Positions 1 to 12,709 of a stretch of 64,000 bases of DNA are shown here, piece after piece (position 1 is the stretch's first letter; each line of letters begins with the position of its first letter). The notes beneath the pieces are model-generated. The model was not told the origin of the DNA. It was given only the letters and a program-made list of their open reading frames with translations, and ran no database searches. The stretch is from NCBI RefSeq assembly GCF_009914755.1, contig NC_060932.1. The stretch is one strand, 5' to 3'. This stretch comes from the human T2T-CHM13v2.0 reference genome, Homo sapiens. Position numbers and translations under genes: made by a program.

Positions 1-100
1 CTGAGAAAGTTTCAAATAAAATGGTTTATGGTAACTTATTTTCCCTAGTAAATATGATTACAGTATAATTCAAATGTTTTGTAAATCCCCAAAACAGACT

Positions 101-763
101 TGTTAGATAGTTAGACAGACATTAGCAGCTGGAAGGGGATGAAAGGAGAGAGCAGAACGGCTGTCACTAAGACAGCTCCTGGCCCGCCTAAGCCCTAAGA
201 CCACCCTAACTCCACCCTAACAGATGGAATTAGTGGTAAAGTCTATGGCCAGCACATCCTGGAGAAGGAGGAACTAGGACAGAGGTGAAAATCTCCTAAA
301 GTGACATATGCACAGTAACACAAAGCTGTGTCCTCAGGTTAACCCTGAGATTATTATACAGTCATTATAATAGAAGCCACATGTGGTTTTATCCTCCCCC
401 CACCCCCTGAGCTTTTCTGTATGAATTATGGGTAGGTACATGCACAGTTGAATTTTAGTTATACAACCATAAATTGCAAATCAAATGACATTATCCCATC
501 ACTCAGACACAGCCCAAACTTCAACTCCTCCTCCCTACAAACCTCGTAAAAGCACCTTGAGCTCTGTAAAGGGGGCCTAATTTCATTTCGCAGAAGTCAA
601 CCCACTCTCTCTGAGAGTGTAAACTTGGCTTTGTATTTGCATTTTGGTATTAGTTTGCAATTCTTTGCTCATTATTACAAAAACTGAGATTGCTGGTCCA
701 GAGCTCCAACTCTATGATTTCCTCAGTTAAAGGATCCATGCCGATGCAGAATTTCTGGTAACA
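101..763 (+). mobile_element. Solo ERV1-class LTR, MER50-like
   Basis: TG...CA termini (TGTTAGATAG...GGTAACA) flanked by a 4-bp direct repeat GACT (97-100 and 764-767). The start resembles the recalled MER50 consensus (TGTTAG..TAGTTAGGCAGACATGAGCAG). Confidence 0.7.
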
Positions 764-1639
764 GACTCACCATAAATTCAGAAAATTAAGTGCTGTAAGG
801 AGAACTCAAAAGGGAAGCCAATCAACACCCTGAATGTATCTGATATGTAGACATAACTGATTTCATACCAGATTTGGGTTGGAACTTTCTAACATTAGGA
901 TAAAAATGCCTGGGCTTTCTGATTTATCGTTCTCCATTCTGAGAATGAAAGAAAAAGATAGACAAGAAAATAAAAACTAAAATGACTTATATTTTTATAT
1001 ACACTCAATTTCAAAAGTTTATAGTAAACAAATATATTAAAATATTCAAATATAGAAACAGATGAAGAGAGAACTGAGATACTTTGTTCGTAATCACAAA
1101 CATTATTTTAAAGCTGCCCTGTTCACAAGCATAAAAATTATTTTAAGATCTTTCTAAGTGTATTAATAAATTATAATTTCAGAGCACCTCTCTGCAAGAA
1201 AAATAAATGATGTCACACTAATCCATTTCTATTTTAATAGATTTGCTATTCTGGAAAGCGTCATAGTCATAACATATACTAATATCGATTAAAATACAAT
1301 GGTAAAACTGTTATGAACATTGTTAAAATAAAGAGAACATGATGGCTATTATTGCAGTCTTATAGGTTTGTCTAATATTTTTCTTATACACTTCAATAGT
1401 AAGTAAAAATAGGATAAGCATGAAAAAGAATAAAAATAATTCTAAATAAAGAAAAATGTATTAAATATTAAAACAGTGGAAATATTTAACAATTTCTGAT
1501 TCGAGTTTTTAGATTGAAACAATTCCCTACAGTCCTACTTTCTCTGACTCTCATTGAAATAAATATATTTCTTTTGTAAAACATTAAACTCATAACAATA
1601 CAAAAATAAAATGTGAGTATAGCAACGGAACTAAGATTT

Positions 1640-2256
1640 AACCATTGTGGAAGACAGTGTGGCCATTCCTCAGGGATCTAGAACCAGAAATACCATTTGA
1701 CCCAGCCATCCCATTACTGGGTATATACCTAAAGGATTATAAATCATGCTGCTATAAAGACACATGCACACGTATGATTATTGCGGCACTATTCACAATA
1801 GCAAAGACTTGGAACCAACCCAAATGTCCATCAGTGATAGACTGGATTAAGAAAATGTGGCACATATACACCATGGAATACTATGCAGCCATAAAAAGGA
1901 TGAGTTCATGTCCTTTGTAGGGACATGGATGAAGCTGGAAACCATCATTCTCAGCAAACTATGGCAAGGACAAAAAACCAAATACCGCATGTTCTCACTC
2001 ATAGGTGGGAATTGAACAATGAGAACACTTGGACACAGGAAGGGGAACATCACACACCGGGGCCTGTCACGGGGTGGGGGGAGGGGGGAGGGATACCATT
2101 AGGAGATATACCTAATGTAAATGATGAGTTAATGGGTGCAGCACACCAACATGGCACATGTATACATATGTAACAAACCTGCACGTTGTGCACATGTACC
2201 CTAGAACTTAAAGTATAATTTTAAAAAAAAGAAAAGCAACAAAGAGAAAAAAAAAG
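1640..2256 (+). mobile_element. 5'-truncated L1PA (about L1PA4): ORF2 C-terminus, 3'UTR and A-rich tail
   Basis: ORF 1645-1920 (WKTVW.FLRDLEPEIPFDPAIPLLGIY...CCYKDTCTRM) is the ORF2p C-terminus. G-rich 3'UTR tract, then ...CCCTAGAACTTAAAGTATAA and an A tail. Confidence 0.93.
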
Positions 2257-4969
2257 AAATCTTAGAAAACATAGAGCAGATTTTGCATAGGTTGACATAC
2301 AAGAATAGGCAGGCCTGTAGCCTAAAATAACCAGAGAAAACAGCAGTCTTTCTTAAAGAATTCACAGAGAAGACCTAGTTTGGAGTAAAATTTATGAAAC
2401 AGCAGGTATAGGTCATGGAGAAAACAGCAGAGTGTTCATTAATTCCATTAAGAACAGCAGAGTAGTCAATTTCCTCCCTTATTCACTTAACCTACTTTAT
2501 GTGTACAGGTCATATGCTGGCTAAAACTTGAAAATGTGCTCCTGAAAAAAATGAGGTATATGTTAGACATATTTCAGATATCTGAGCCTACCAGAGAATC
2601 TGAAAGGCCCTTGAGGTAATCATGCACCTTTACAGTAGGCTGTGAGGCAGGAAAAATATACACGGTGTCCAAGATTCACTTATTATAAATGGCTTTCTCC
2701 TCTTCAATCAAGAAATGACTTATTTTGTCAATTCAACATAAATCAGAAATATGCATTCAGAAGCTTAAATCTGGTTTAAACTTGTGATTCAGAAATTCTG
2801 CTTCGAGAAGGAATCAGCTCTAAGAATAAAGCAAGAATATATTTAAGATTTATTTCCTGGGGTAGTTGTGACAATAATGCTCAAAACAGGAAATGATGCT
2901 TTCACAGTAAAGTATTATGTAATTATAAAAATAGTGTTCATTAAAAATGTTCAGTGGCACTGAAAAGAACCATAAATGGCACCAGTATGTTAGCAGTAGT
3001 TTTCTCTGTGCTGGAAAATTGTGAGAGTTATTTTTCTTTATGACTCTTAATTTTCCAAAATCTTTCCAAATATAATTGATATATTTCAAAAAGAAAAGTT
3101 TAAAAACTTTATTTAAAAATAAAATATACTCTAGTTAGTCCAAAGCAATAGGTAATAAATGTGAGTAGTATTGCCTCAGAGGAGAAGAGTGCTGAGACTC
3201 CCTGGGACTACTCAGTGGATACACAGAATGCTGAAGGCCTTGTATTTGTACCACATTTTTGGAAAGATATAAGGTCAAATAAACATGACTATCATAAATG
3301 ATGAAAAAGAAATGATGATACATAAACACTGAGTATTAACAGAGTATTCATAAATGGACTAATTTGAAAAATATGCCATTGATATGAATCTTATTTTATG
3401 TATTTCAGCAATTTTAGAAGTTTATTCTGGCACTTGTTCCTCTGAGAGTCTTTTTTATTATTATGGCATATAAAATTTAACAAGTTAAATTAACACTTTG
3501 TTATTACTGCAGTAAGGCAATTTACAGAACACACTGATTTCCTACATGACAGTACATGTGTTTTTGTGAGCAAATAGCATTGAGGTGTCAATTTTTTCTT
3601 AATTTTACATGGCAAACACAAAACTGGATAGTATGTAAATAAGAATCATAATTGATCACACTGAACATAGCACATAGAGAACACCCATTTTGCTCAGGAC
3701 AAACTCTATAGTCATAAATAACCCAGGATCAATGAGATTAACTGAGAATATAAATTTATTAGGCTTCATATGTTTTCTGCTTCAATACGTATTATTATCA
3801 TTTTATCAATAACTTTAAGGTCTACTGTACACAAACACCAAGTTCATCACAACATATGACAAACAAAAACTATAAAATATAAGCAACCATTTTGTAAACT
3901 GTACTTCACATGAATGATTAAAACACAATTTCATAAAGCCAAGGTCTAGGTTTCAGAATTAAAAATATGAATATGCTTTATAAAAAAGAAAGTAGGGTTT
4001 TTTTGGTATAATTGTGCTAGTAAGAGTCCAATATCCCTGCTGCCCAAACATAATATCCCTAAGCCACCAAAGCGCCAAAAATAAATCAAAGTCTACAGGG
4101 CCACTTCTCTTATGCACTAATCATTTTCCTGGTTAAACTATCATACAGTTCTTGCTTGAAAATAACAATTTTACCAAAATTATTATCATCACTATTTTTA
4201 TGAAACATTTGTATAATCTGACAGTGTAATTAGCACTTCACAGAGCATATGATGTCAGTGACTGGGAGCCAACTAAATAATGATTAAGACTGGAAACTCA
4301 AAAAGGAAAAATAAAAATTAAAAGTTTTTTTTTTAAATGTAGAGAGTAAACGTTCTGTTAAAAAAAAATGGAAGGTGGGAATGGATATGTTCTCTATGTC
4401 AAGAGTAAAATTTTAAATTCTGACCCTTTCAATTTAAGGAAAGTACAAAATATAAAATTCATCTGGCTATTTCAAGGAAAAAATACTAACTTTTAAACCA
4501 ACTATTTTGAAGTTTGAGGTAAAGATTTTGGGGTCTTCTTTTTTATGTTTCATTTCTGTAGATAAATTGTTTAGTTTTGTCTTTTACTTTACCAGTGTCA
4601 CAGCATATTTTTATTTCAACTCAAATTTTCCAACTTAAAATGCATTCAGTTTTCCAATTGCCAAAGGATTCACAAACAGCATTGGGAGCACCTTGCAGGC
4701 ATCAAAAGAAATATATAACAATCCTTGAAAGATTTCAGAGGGACTGCTTAGGGTTTTGAAGTACTCCTTATTTAACCCTACGACTAAAAATCATTCATCA
4801 TAAAATATCTCTTTATACAGTATAGAAAAGTTTTTGATCAGTCATCAATTAACTAGTTTTTTAAAAAATGTATTTAAATATATAGTATTAAATTGTAAGC
4901 TTTATCAATTCTTGACAATTATGTGAAAGAATGACAGGAAAAGTGGAGAAGCATTAATGCACCTCACTA

Positions 4970-5120
4970 ATTCATTCATTCTTTTAACTGTGAGAAAGAA
5001 ATATCTACTCTATTGCAGGCACTCTTCTAGGTATTGAGAATAACAGTAAAAAAAAAAAAAAAGAGAAAACACAAGAACAAAAAGTATTGCTTTCACAGAG
5101 TGAACAGTTCTCTTGAGCAG
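4970..5120 (-). mobile_element. L2 3' end fragment
   Basis: TTCATTCATTC start followed by ...GCAGGCACTCTTCTAGGTATTGAG, the typical reverse-complemented L2 3' end. Confidence 0.5.
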
Positions 5121-5280
5121 ATAATAATAGGTAATAATTATTGAGCACTTGCTGTGTGCTACCTAATTTTATGTATACATTTCTTAACACATTTAATCCT
5201 TAGGGTACCCTTGAAAAAATGAGGAGTCTGAGTTAAAGAGAGGCTAAGTATTTTTTTTTTCCAACAGCTGGTCAGTTGTA
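5121..5280 (-). mobile_element. MIR fragment
   Basis: ATAATAATAG...TTATTGAGCACTTGCTGTGTGC...ATTTAATCCT...GAGGAGTCTGAG...AGAGAGGCTAAGT matches the reverse complement of the MIR core. Confidence 0.6.
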
Positions 5281-5626
5281 GTATCAAAAACATAAGAAAT
5301 ATTTAGTTTTATAAAAATAATATTAGCTTTGTGGATAGGATTCTTGTCTGTAATCCATTATAGCACCTGGTCCCCAAGGAAGACTTGCAGAGCATGAAGT
5401 CCGAAATAGTCTTGTAGTGAACTAAGCTGGGACACATGAAGTTAAGAAGTATTCTATGGCCTGTGCTAAATGTAGATCCAAAGGACACAAAAAACATATG
5501 CTCAGGGAATGCCCCCTTTTTAAATTAGACCTATGTCTTAATCTCAGCCTTTCAAAACTCACTATGATAGAAAAAAAAATTATGAACTAAGAAGAAAACA
5601 TTAAAAAAAAAGAAATTTTTTACTTG

Positions 5627-5733
5627 CTCCCTCCCTCCCTCCCTCCCTTCCTTCCTTCCTTCTTGCCTGCCTTCCTTCCTTCCTTCCTTCCTTCCTTCCT
5701 TCCTTCCTTCCTTCCTTCCTTTCTTCCTTTTTT
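5627..5733. repeat. (CCCT)n/(CCTT)n polypyrimidine microsatellite
   Basis: Read directly; it produces the RKEG-repeat ORF artefact. Confidence 0.97.
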
Positions 5734-6615
5734 CTAAAGATAACTGTGTTACTTCATTGAACACATTGGAAAAAAGAGAAGAGTTACTATTTTTTTTAAA
5801 AAAGTTCATTAATCCAGATGTCCTAAAAGTGACCCCCATAGAAATTTTAGCTTATAAAATTGAGAACTCTATCCATTAACACTATAGTCTAGTAAATGTG
5901 TTTTGGACTAGCCTCTATTATATCAACACTTTGCCTTCCAAGAGATGTTTAACAGCAATTAGAAGATTTCTCTGAAACTAGTATAGTCTTTCATATTTTT
6001 GTCTTCATCATTCATTTTGCCAAACTAGTATATTTTTAATAAATACTTGCCCCTTCCAGAGAAGAATCCAAAAAGGTTTAACTGTACATTTATTATGTTC
6101 ATTTCTGATTTTGAGGCTGTTCAATTTGACCTATGTAGAATCAACTGTTTCATTAATTTAGTACTTCAAAATCTTTATACGTATGTCTTTGTTATTTGTA
6201 TGAGTTAGGTTACATTAGAGTGTGCAAAATACAGATTATGTCCCACAAAATGAACCAAACACACCTCTCCTAGGCTATCAGAAATATAGCATTTCTTCCT
6301 GGTACCTCTTACAGAAGTTCAAAACAGCATGTTTACTGGCAAATAGTTTTTTATGATTTATTTGTTGATGCTGGCACAAGTATGCACAAACCTTTTGATT
6401 AATGTCTGTGCCAAGTAACATGAGATTTGGTAATTGGATTAAATCAATTGGTAAGCACCTCAAGAACTGGCACTATGACAAATTACTCAAATTAAACTCT
6501 GAGACACTTGGAATTTAGGAAATTACAAGGACAATAACTTGCTGTTATTGTCACCAGAAGTGTCTTAAATATATCAGTAAATCATATTAGGACAAACTAT
6601 GTACTAAAAAGTTAC

Positions 6616-6654
6616 ATATATATATGTATGTCTAAGTATATATATATATATATA
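6616..6654. repeat. Imperfect (TA)n microsatellite
   Basis: Read directly. Confidence 0.85.
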
Positions 6655-8629
6655 CAAGTATTAAAAATATATAAATATGATCACAATATAAATACACCTA
6701 AATCTTTATATCTTATAGTAGAAAATACCCTAATTAATAACTTAAGGATTAAAATGAAAAATTAATTTATGTGAAGTTGCATCACTTTGAAATATATTTG
6801 GTAGATGGTATAAAATACAGATTTGTAAAATGTGGATTTTTTATTGTTTAGAAAAGTATTAATTTTTCTATGACAGTATATAAGTAACTGCTATGATATG
6901 TAGTGAGTTAAGAATGTTTGAAGCACATAGTACTTATTTCACCAAAAATCACCTTAATGATTGATAATAATTTTCATCCATCTCGGCAGCCTTTGCAGAA
7001 AGAATAAAAACCAAAGATGTGTAGCAATAGAACTGTGCTGTTACTTATACCAGCAGTCACCTGAAAAGAGTCTGGTTCAATATTGACAGGGAAAGTCACT
7101 GTCTTGGCTTTAACAGCCCACTAGTCCCACTGAGACATTTTTGTAAGGATAGATAAATAATCTTTTTCGGGAGACAGTTAACAATCATACACTTTGCCCC
7201 TAATTCTAAAATTAGCTGATTCTCTTCCTAACCGGAGTCTCTAGCTCTACCATATAATGAACTATGAAAGATAATAGATGATATTACAGATTGGACCTCA
7301 GTATTCCAGAAAGACAGAAAGGAGAAGGATTCTAACACTAATAGGTCTAAACATAAGTATGTATCTATGAAAAACTTAGTAGCTAGGAAAGACATATTGC
7401 CGTTAATCAAGGACATATAGTGAAGCCAGTGGAATTAAATTAATCTGCTTGTCCTTTTTCTTTTACATGCCCTCTAGCAACATTTTAACTTTCGGGTTAT
7501 GTGGCATGATTCATCTTGCAGTTTAGCAGATATCTTCCAAACAAAACAAGAAACAATTGAAGTAATTTTCACAAAAAAAAAAAGGAAAATGGCTTGCAAT
7601 GAACTTTGACCACTTGTAAATTTCAGATTTTGATGTGACTGGCAATATTAGGCCATTATGTATATCCATTATGGTCCATTCAGAAAACAGAATTTCCAGT
7701 AACTACTTTTTAAAAGAGAAAATACATAAAATGATTAACCAGGATTACATAACTGCTAATTATGCAATTGAAAAGACAAAAAACATCGAGATGCGATAGA
7801 ATTAGCAATCATAGAAAATAGTTCGCCAATTGGATTGTAAAACCATTGTCAAATCAAGGTTGAGTTGCAATAATACGTTGAGTACAGATACAGAGCACAG
7901 CAAAAATCAATAAAAGTATTATGGGAGCATTAATGGCTATACAAAATTTCTGATAGAAATCTATTGCATATTTTTACTCATATTTATAAGTGTATTACAT
8001 ATTCTTTATAGCAGCAAAATTTATAATAAATTTGTATACATTTATATATATTTTTCTCAGAAAGGAAATATTTACCAGCACATGACAGTCTCACATATGA
8101 GAGACTTATTTTTTAAGGTTTTCATTGAAAATTTTTTGTAAATAATAAAAATAAATATCACATATATATTTAAAGAACTATTACCCATTAATTATATATT
8201 TATAAACAACTTTCATGTGGAGTAAGACAACATTCAAGTGAATCTTCTTTGGGCTATCAGTCATTTTAAAAATGAAACTACTCAGAAAGGATAGCAAAAA
8301 ATGACGGTGAATGCACTTATATCCAAAGTATGGAAATTTGACCTAAATAATGACTAAAATGTTCCTGTTTATTGATGTGGGTTATTAAAAATAATATTCT
8401 AAAATTTGATTTCAAAAAACATATGGTAAGATTTGATGTCAATATGGGGACATCATATTTAAATTGTATAAATGGTATAGAATGGTTATAAGAAATATTT
8501 TCCACTCAGGAATTTTGATCCACTTCAAGAATGAAGGTCTCACTGACTTTTGGAAACTAAGCAAGACTTAGAGAAAATAAATCACTCAAAATATATAACA
8601 AATCTTTGACTGCTCACTCTAACATTACA

Positions 8630-9180
8630 TACTAGGTCACAAGACTCCCTGCTCAAATTTCTTCAGTGACATCTCTTAATACTTTATTCTGACCTGTAAT
8701 CCCTAGTACGACCTATGACACTCTGATGATTTTGCCAGTCCTGGCTCTGTGTGGCCCCCACCGTCTTTCTCAGCATTTCTCTTGCAATACTGGCTTCCTT
8801 GCTGTTCCTAGAAAGCATTAGATATTCCTAGCCAAGGGCTCCTACCCTTGGCTTTACCCTCCATCTGGCATAATAATGCCCTAGATATCATGTCCCTCTG
8901 CTCAAAGGGCATTTCTTTGTTAGAAGGCACCCTCTAAATACTATTACTGTCCCATATATTTTCCTGTCCTATTTCCCTAACTTATTTTTACTTGTTTCAC
9001 ATATCACAAATAGACATTATTTTGTTTATTTGTTAAGTTAACTATTATTTTTCCTTTTCCACTAGAATTCTTATCTAGTTTTGTTCTCCAGGGATTTGTA
9101 ACTGTTTTGTTAATGACAGTATCCTTCATGTTTAAGGAGTGCTTGGAAAGTAATAGCTGCTCAACAAATATTTGTTGAAA
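8630..9180 (+). mobile_element. L2 3' fragment
   Basis: CTGGCTTCCTTGCTGTTCCT... and a terminal GCTCAACAAATATTTGTTGAA matching the L2a 3' end. Confidence 0.7.
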
Positions 9181-10039
9181 AAAGAAAAAATGGGAGGGAA
9201 GGAGAGAGGAAGTGAAGGATAAAAGGAAGAAAAGAGGGAAAGAAGAAGAGAGGGAGAAAAATATTGCCATGAATGTGATCTGCAAAATGATTTTTAGCCA
9301 ACAAATGTCTATCGATAACCCAGACACATTCTGATGCATATTTTTTCTCTCATTTTTACATTTTCTCTGTGTCTCATGCTGAGACTTTCATTATTTGCAC
9401 TCTTGAAGCTGGGATGTTTTTTCATAGTCTCTGATTTTGATGGGAAAACCTGTTACTTGCCTAATTTGAAGCCGAAAGAACACTCTTTTGTCTGCTAACC
9501 CCCTCTGCATTAGATAAAGACATGCACTCTAAAATAATTCCATGTGACACAAAAATTTTGCCCTTTTGGAGTACTCAAGTTGATTTTCCTATTATTTATG
9601 CTGACTATCATAAAAGCTCTAATAATATTGACTATAAAACATAATATTAACAACAATCATTACTGAAACATTCCTTCTGTCGCTTTTTAAATAGTGTGGT
9701 TTGCCTACCCGAAAGCAAAAGTGTATATCATGTTAATCATCAAAGTCCCACTGATCCAGGGAAGCTAATTCTTTGGCAACATCTGTGTCACAATTTCTTG
9801 TTTAATGTCAGGAAGTTGCTCATATCTGTGACAAATTTTAAATTAAAATAATTATCCTGGGTAGATTTTCTTCCTTTTACATTAGTTTGGAAAATATAAA
9901 GATGTGGGCATTAATTCATTTATCCCCCAGGTACACTTAATGTTATATTCTTCTAACACAATCTCACAAATTTAAATTGCATGCCTAATATTAGGTGTTT
10001 TGTTAGACATTGGGTAGTTTAATGGTGAAAAAACATAAA

Positions 10040-10123
10040 AATAATAGCCAAAATTTATTGAGTATTTACTATATGCCAATCACTGTTCTAAGTGCTTGGC
10101 TTGTATTAACTGATTCAATCCTC
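10040..10123 (-). mobile_element. MIR 3' fragment
   Basis: AATAATAGC..AATTTATTGAGTATTTACTATATGCCAATCACTGTTCTAAGTGCTT...AATCCTCA is the reverse complement of the MIR 3' end. Confidence 0.75.
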
Positions 10124-10462
10124 AGAGAAGAAAGAAAGCTTTTCTTTGCTTATTGCCTCTTTTAAATTTAAAGTTATTGAACTATCTCAAAATTTAATAT
10201 TATTCACCATCCAAATTAGAATGGCTATCCCCTGATCCTGGATATCAGAAAACACTCACAGCTATACTCATTGCTCTCAACATTATATATCATTATTGTT
10301 ATTCAGGAATTACTGTTTTAATAATTTCAAGGTTATTCTAATTTTATGGCTTTAAAATTGGTCTTAAATTGTTTGTCTTAAATAGCATTAAAATTCTGTT
10401 GTTATTATTATCTTCGTTAAGCAAGCTGTATAAGAAAATTAAGACTCAAAGAGGAAGATTAG

Positions 10463-10716
10463 AATAATAGTAACACCTACATATAACACTTAACTATGCT
10501 CCATTCAGAGTTCTACATTCTTTACATATATTCACTCGATCTTCACTGAATATGAGCCTCAAAGAAACTGTATGAGGTAATACTATCATTATCATCCCCA
10601 TTTTAGAGATGATGAGCCTGAGACTGCAAAGAAGTAAAGTAAATTGTCCAAGGTCACACGACAAGGAAGGTCATACAAAGCAGACTGTTGAACCCAGATA
10701 TTCTGATTCCAAGATG
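10463..10716 (-). mobile_element. MIR, near full-length
   Basis: ATTATCATCCCCATTTTAGAGATGA...CTGAGACT...GTCCAAGGTCACAC...GAACCCAG is the reverse-complemented MIR core. Confidence 0.8.
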
Positions 10717-10759
10717 AATTGCTTAAGAAAATTGTTTAAATGCACACAGATAATGAGAA

Positions 10760-10950
10760 GGTAGAGTGATAAGGAAGAAAGATAGAGACTTTAGTGGTTA
10801 TACATAACTTGGTTTGAATATCATTCAGGAATTTTCAAGCTGTGACTGTGAGGAACACAGCAAGTTAATTAAGCATGACAAAACTTAATGTCCTCATCTG
10901 TGAAAGAGCGATAAATTAGGGTTATGGTGAAAATTAGAAATCACATCTGA
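10760..10950 (+). mobile_element. Degenerate MIR, head-to-head with the previous one
   Basis: GGTTTGAAT...GCTGTGACTGTG...GCAAGTTAATTAA...TCCTCATCTGTGAAA...AGGGTTATGGTGAAAATTA. Confidence 0.55.
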
Positions 10951-11218
10951 TATCTAATATATGACCTAAATTAGGGTAGTATCCAGGATCCAGGGCTATT
11001 TTTATCAGAAATTTTTTTTGGAGCCTTAAGGGCATTTGATATTTCCCTAGTGTGATAATATTATTTTAGTATTTCTCTTGGCCTTATCCTGTAATAAAAA
11101 GATGTTTTGGCTTAAAAAGAGAAGGCGAAGTTGACTTCCTGCAGAAATTTCCAGGATAGATAAATAATTTCAGAATTATATTTATATTTCTCCCTAACCC
11201 TTTTCCTTTCTGTCTCAG

Positions 11219-11277
11219 GAATAAGAACCACAGCGTGATATTCTTGGGGAATATGCTGAATAGTCATATTTTTCCAT
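11219..11277 (+). other. Candidate 59-nt internal exon (unassigned, possibly lncRNA or cryptic)
   Basis: Branch-point-like CCCTAAC, a pyrimidine tract and CAG acceptor at 11216-11218; donor CAT|GTAAGT at 11277/11278. There is no transcript evidence. Confidence 0.3.
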
Positions 11278-11713
11278 GTAAGTCATGATTGTAAAAAAGA
11301 AATTCATCAGAATGTATTCACACTATTATTTATATTCTATAGCATAATAAATACTGTTCCAGTAATTGCCATTTCCTTTTTATGGATTTTCCTTTTAATC
11401 AGAGGAGATTTGATTTTATAGCAATAAGCAGATTTTCCTTCTGAATTATCTTTAGTTATTTTTTAAAAAGTTAAAAAAACAGAATTTTTAATTTTTCAAT
11501 TACAAATGAAAGCACCAAGATAGTATATTTCCTACCAATTTTAATAAAGTTAAAACATGTAAAGAATTCTTACAGAACTCCTTTTAATTAAAAGCAATAT
11601 TTCTCAACTATTAGAAATTACTATGTACATTTCTCACTTTAGATTGTCTTTTCCATTGTGAATAATATTGAGCTAGCTAACCTCAGAACTATCCCTTAGA
11701 ACTACTTGGAAAA

Positions 11714-12050
<337 letters not shown>

Positions 12051-12709
12051 CTAAATTGATGAAAACCCACCAGCAATTTACTTCAACTTTTATACATTTT
12101 TTTTATTACTGCCTATAGCTAATTTTCTCTCACAGGATATTGAGTATTTACTCCAAGTAGTTTAAGCAGCCAAAAAAAAAAAGAGAGAATTATTCATAAA
12201 GTTCAATTATGGTTTTTAAAGGAGAATGCAGCTACATATAAGCAAAGAGAAAAAGTGAGGAGATGATATGTGTTAAGTGTTTAATCCAACTTAATTAAAT
12301 TTTTAAAAATATCTATATTTTCCATCATCTTCTTCTGCAGTGGCAGAAATTTAGAACATGTTGGTTTCATTTTCTCATTCTGTATTTTTTTTTCACATTT
12401 GGAGATAATGCAAAGGTCATATGCCAGGTAAGTTCCAAATGCTGTCCACTTAGAGTGGTGGAATGTGCAGCTTTCATCTCACTGTGTTTGTCTCTACTAC
12501 ACATACAATATCAGGATGAAACCAGCCAAAATTTCCTAAGTACCTTCTGTATCTAATATTTCAAAAATTGAGGCTTGCTTTTCTAAGGGAATAAACTTTA
12601 TTTTAAATATGAGTAATAAAGCACATTAAAATACATTATGTAACTTAAATTTCTTTTAAGTTGAGAATACTAAGTAAAATTTAGCCTTTCCTTGTTCATT
12701 TTTGAGCTT

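Noticed and set aside
5552-5839. ORF with RKEG repeats
   Set aside because: Translation of the (CCTT)n microsatellite.
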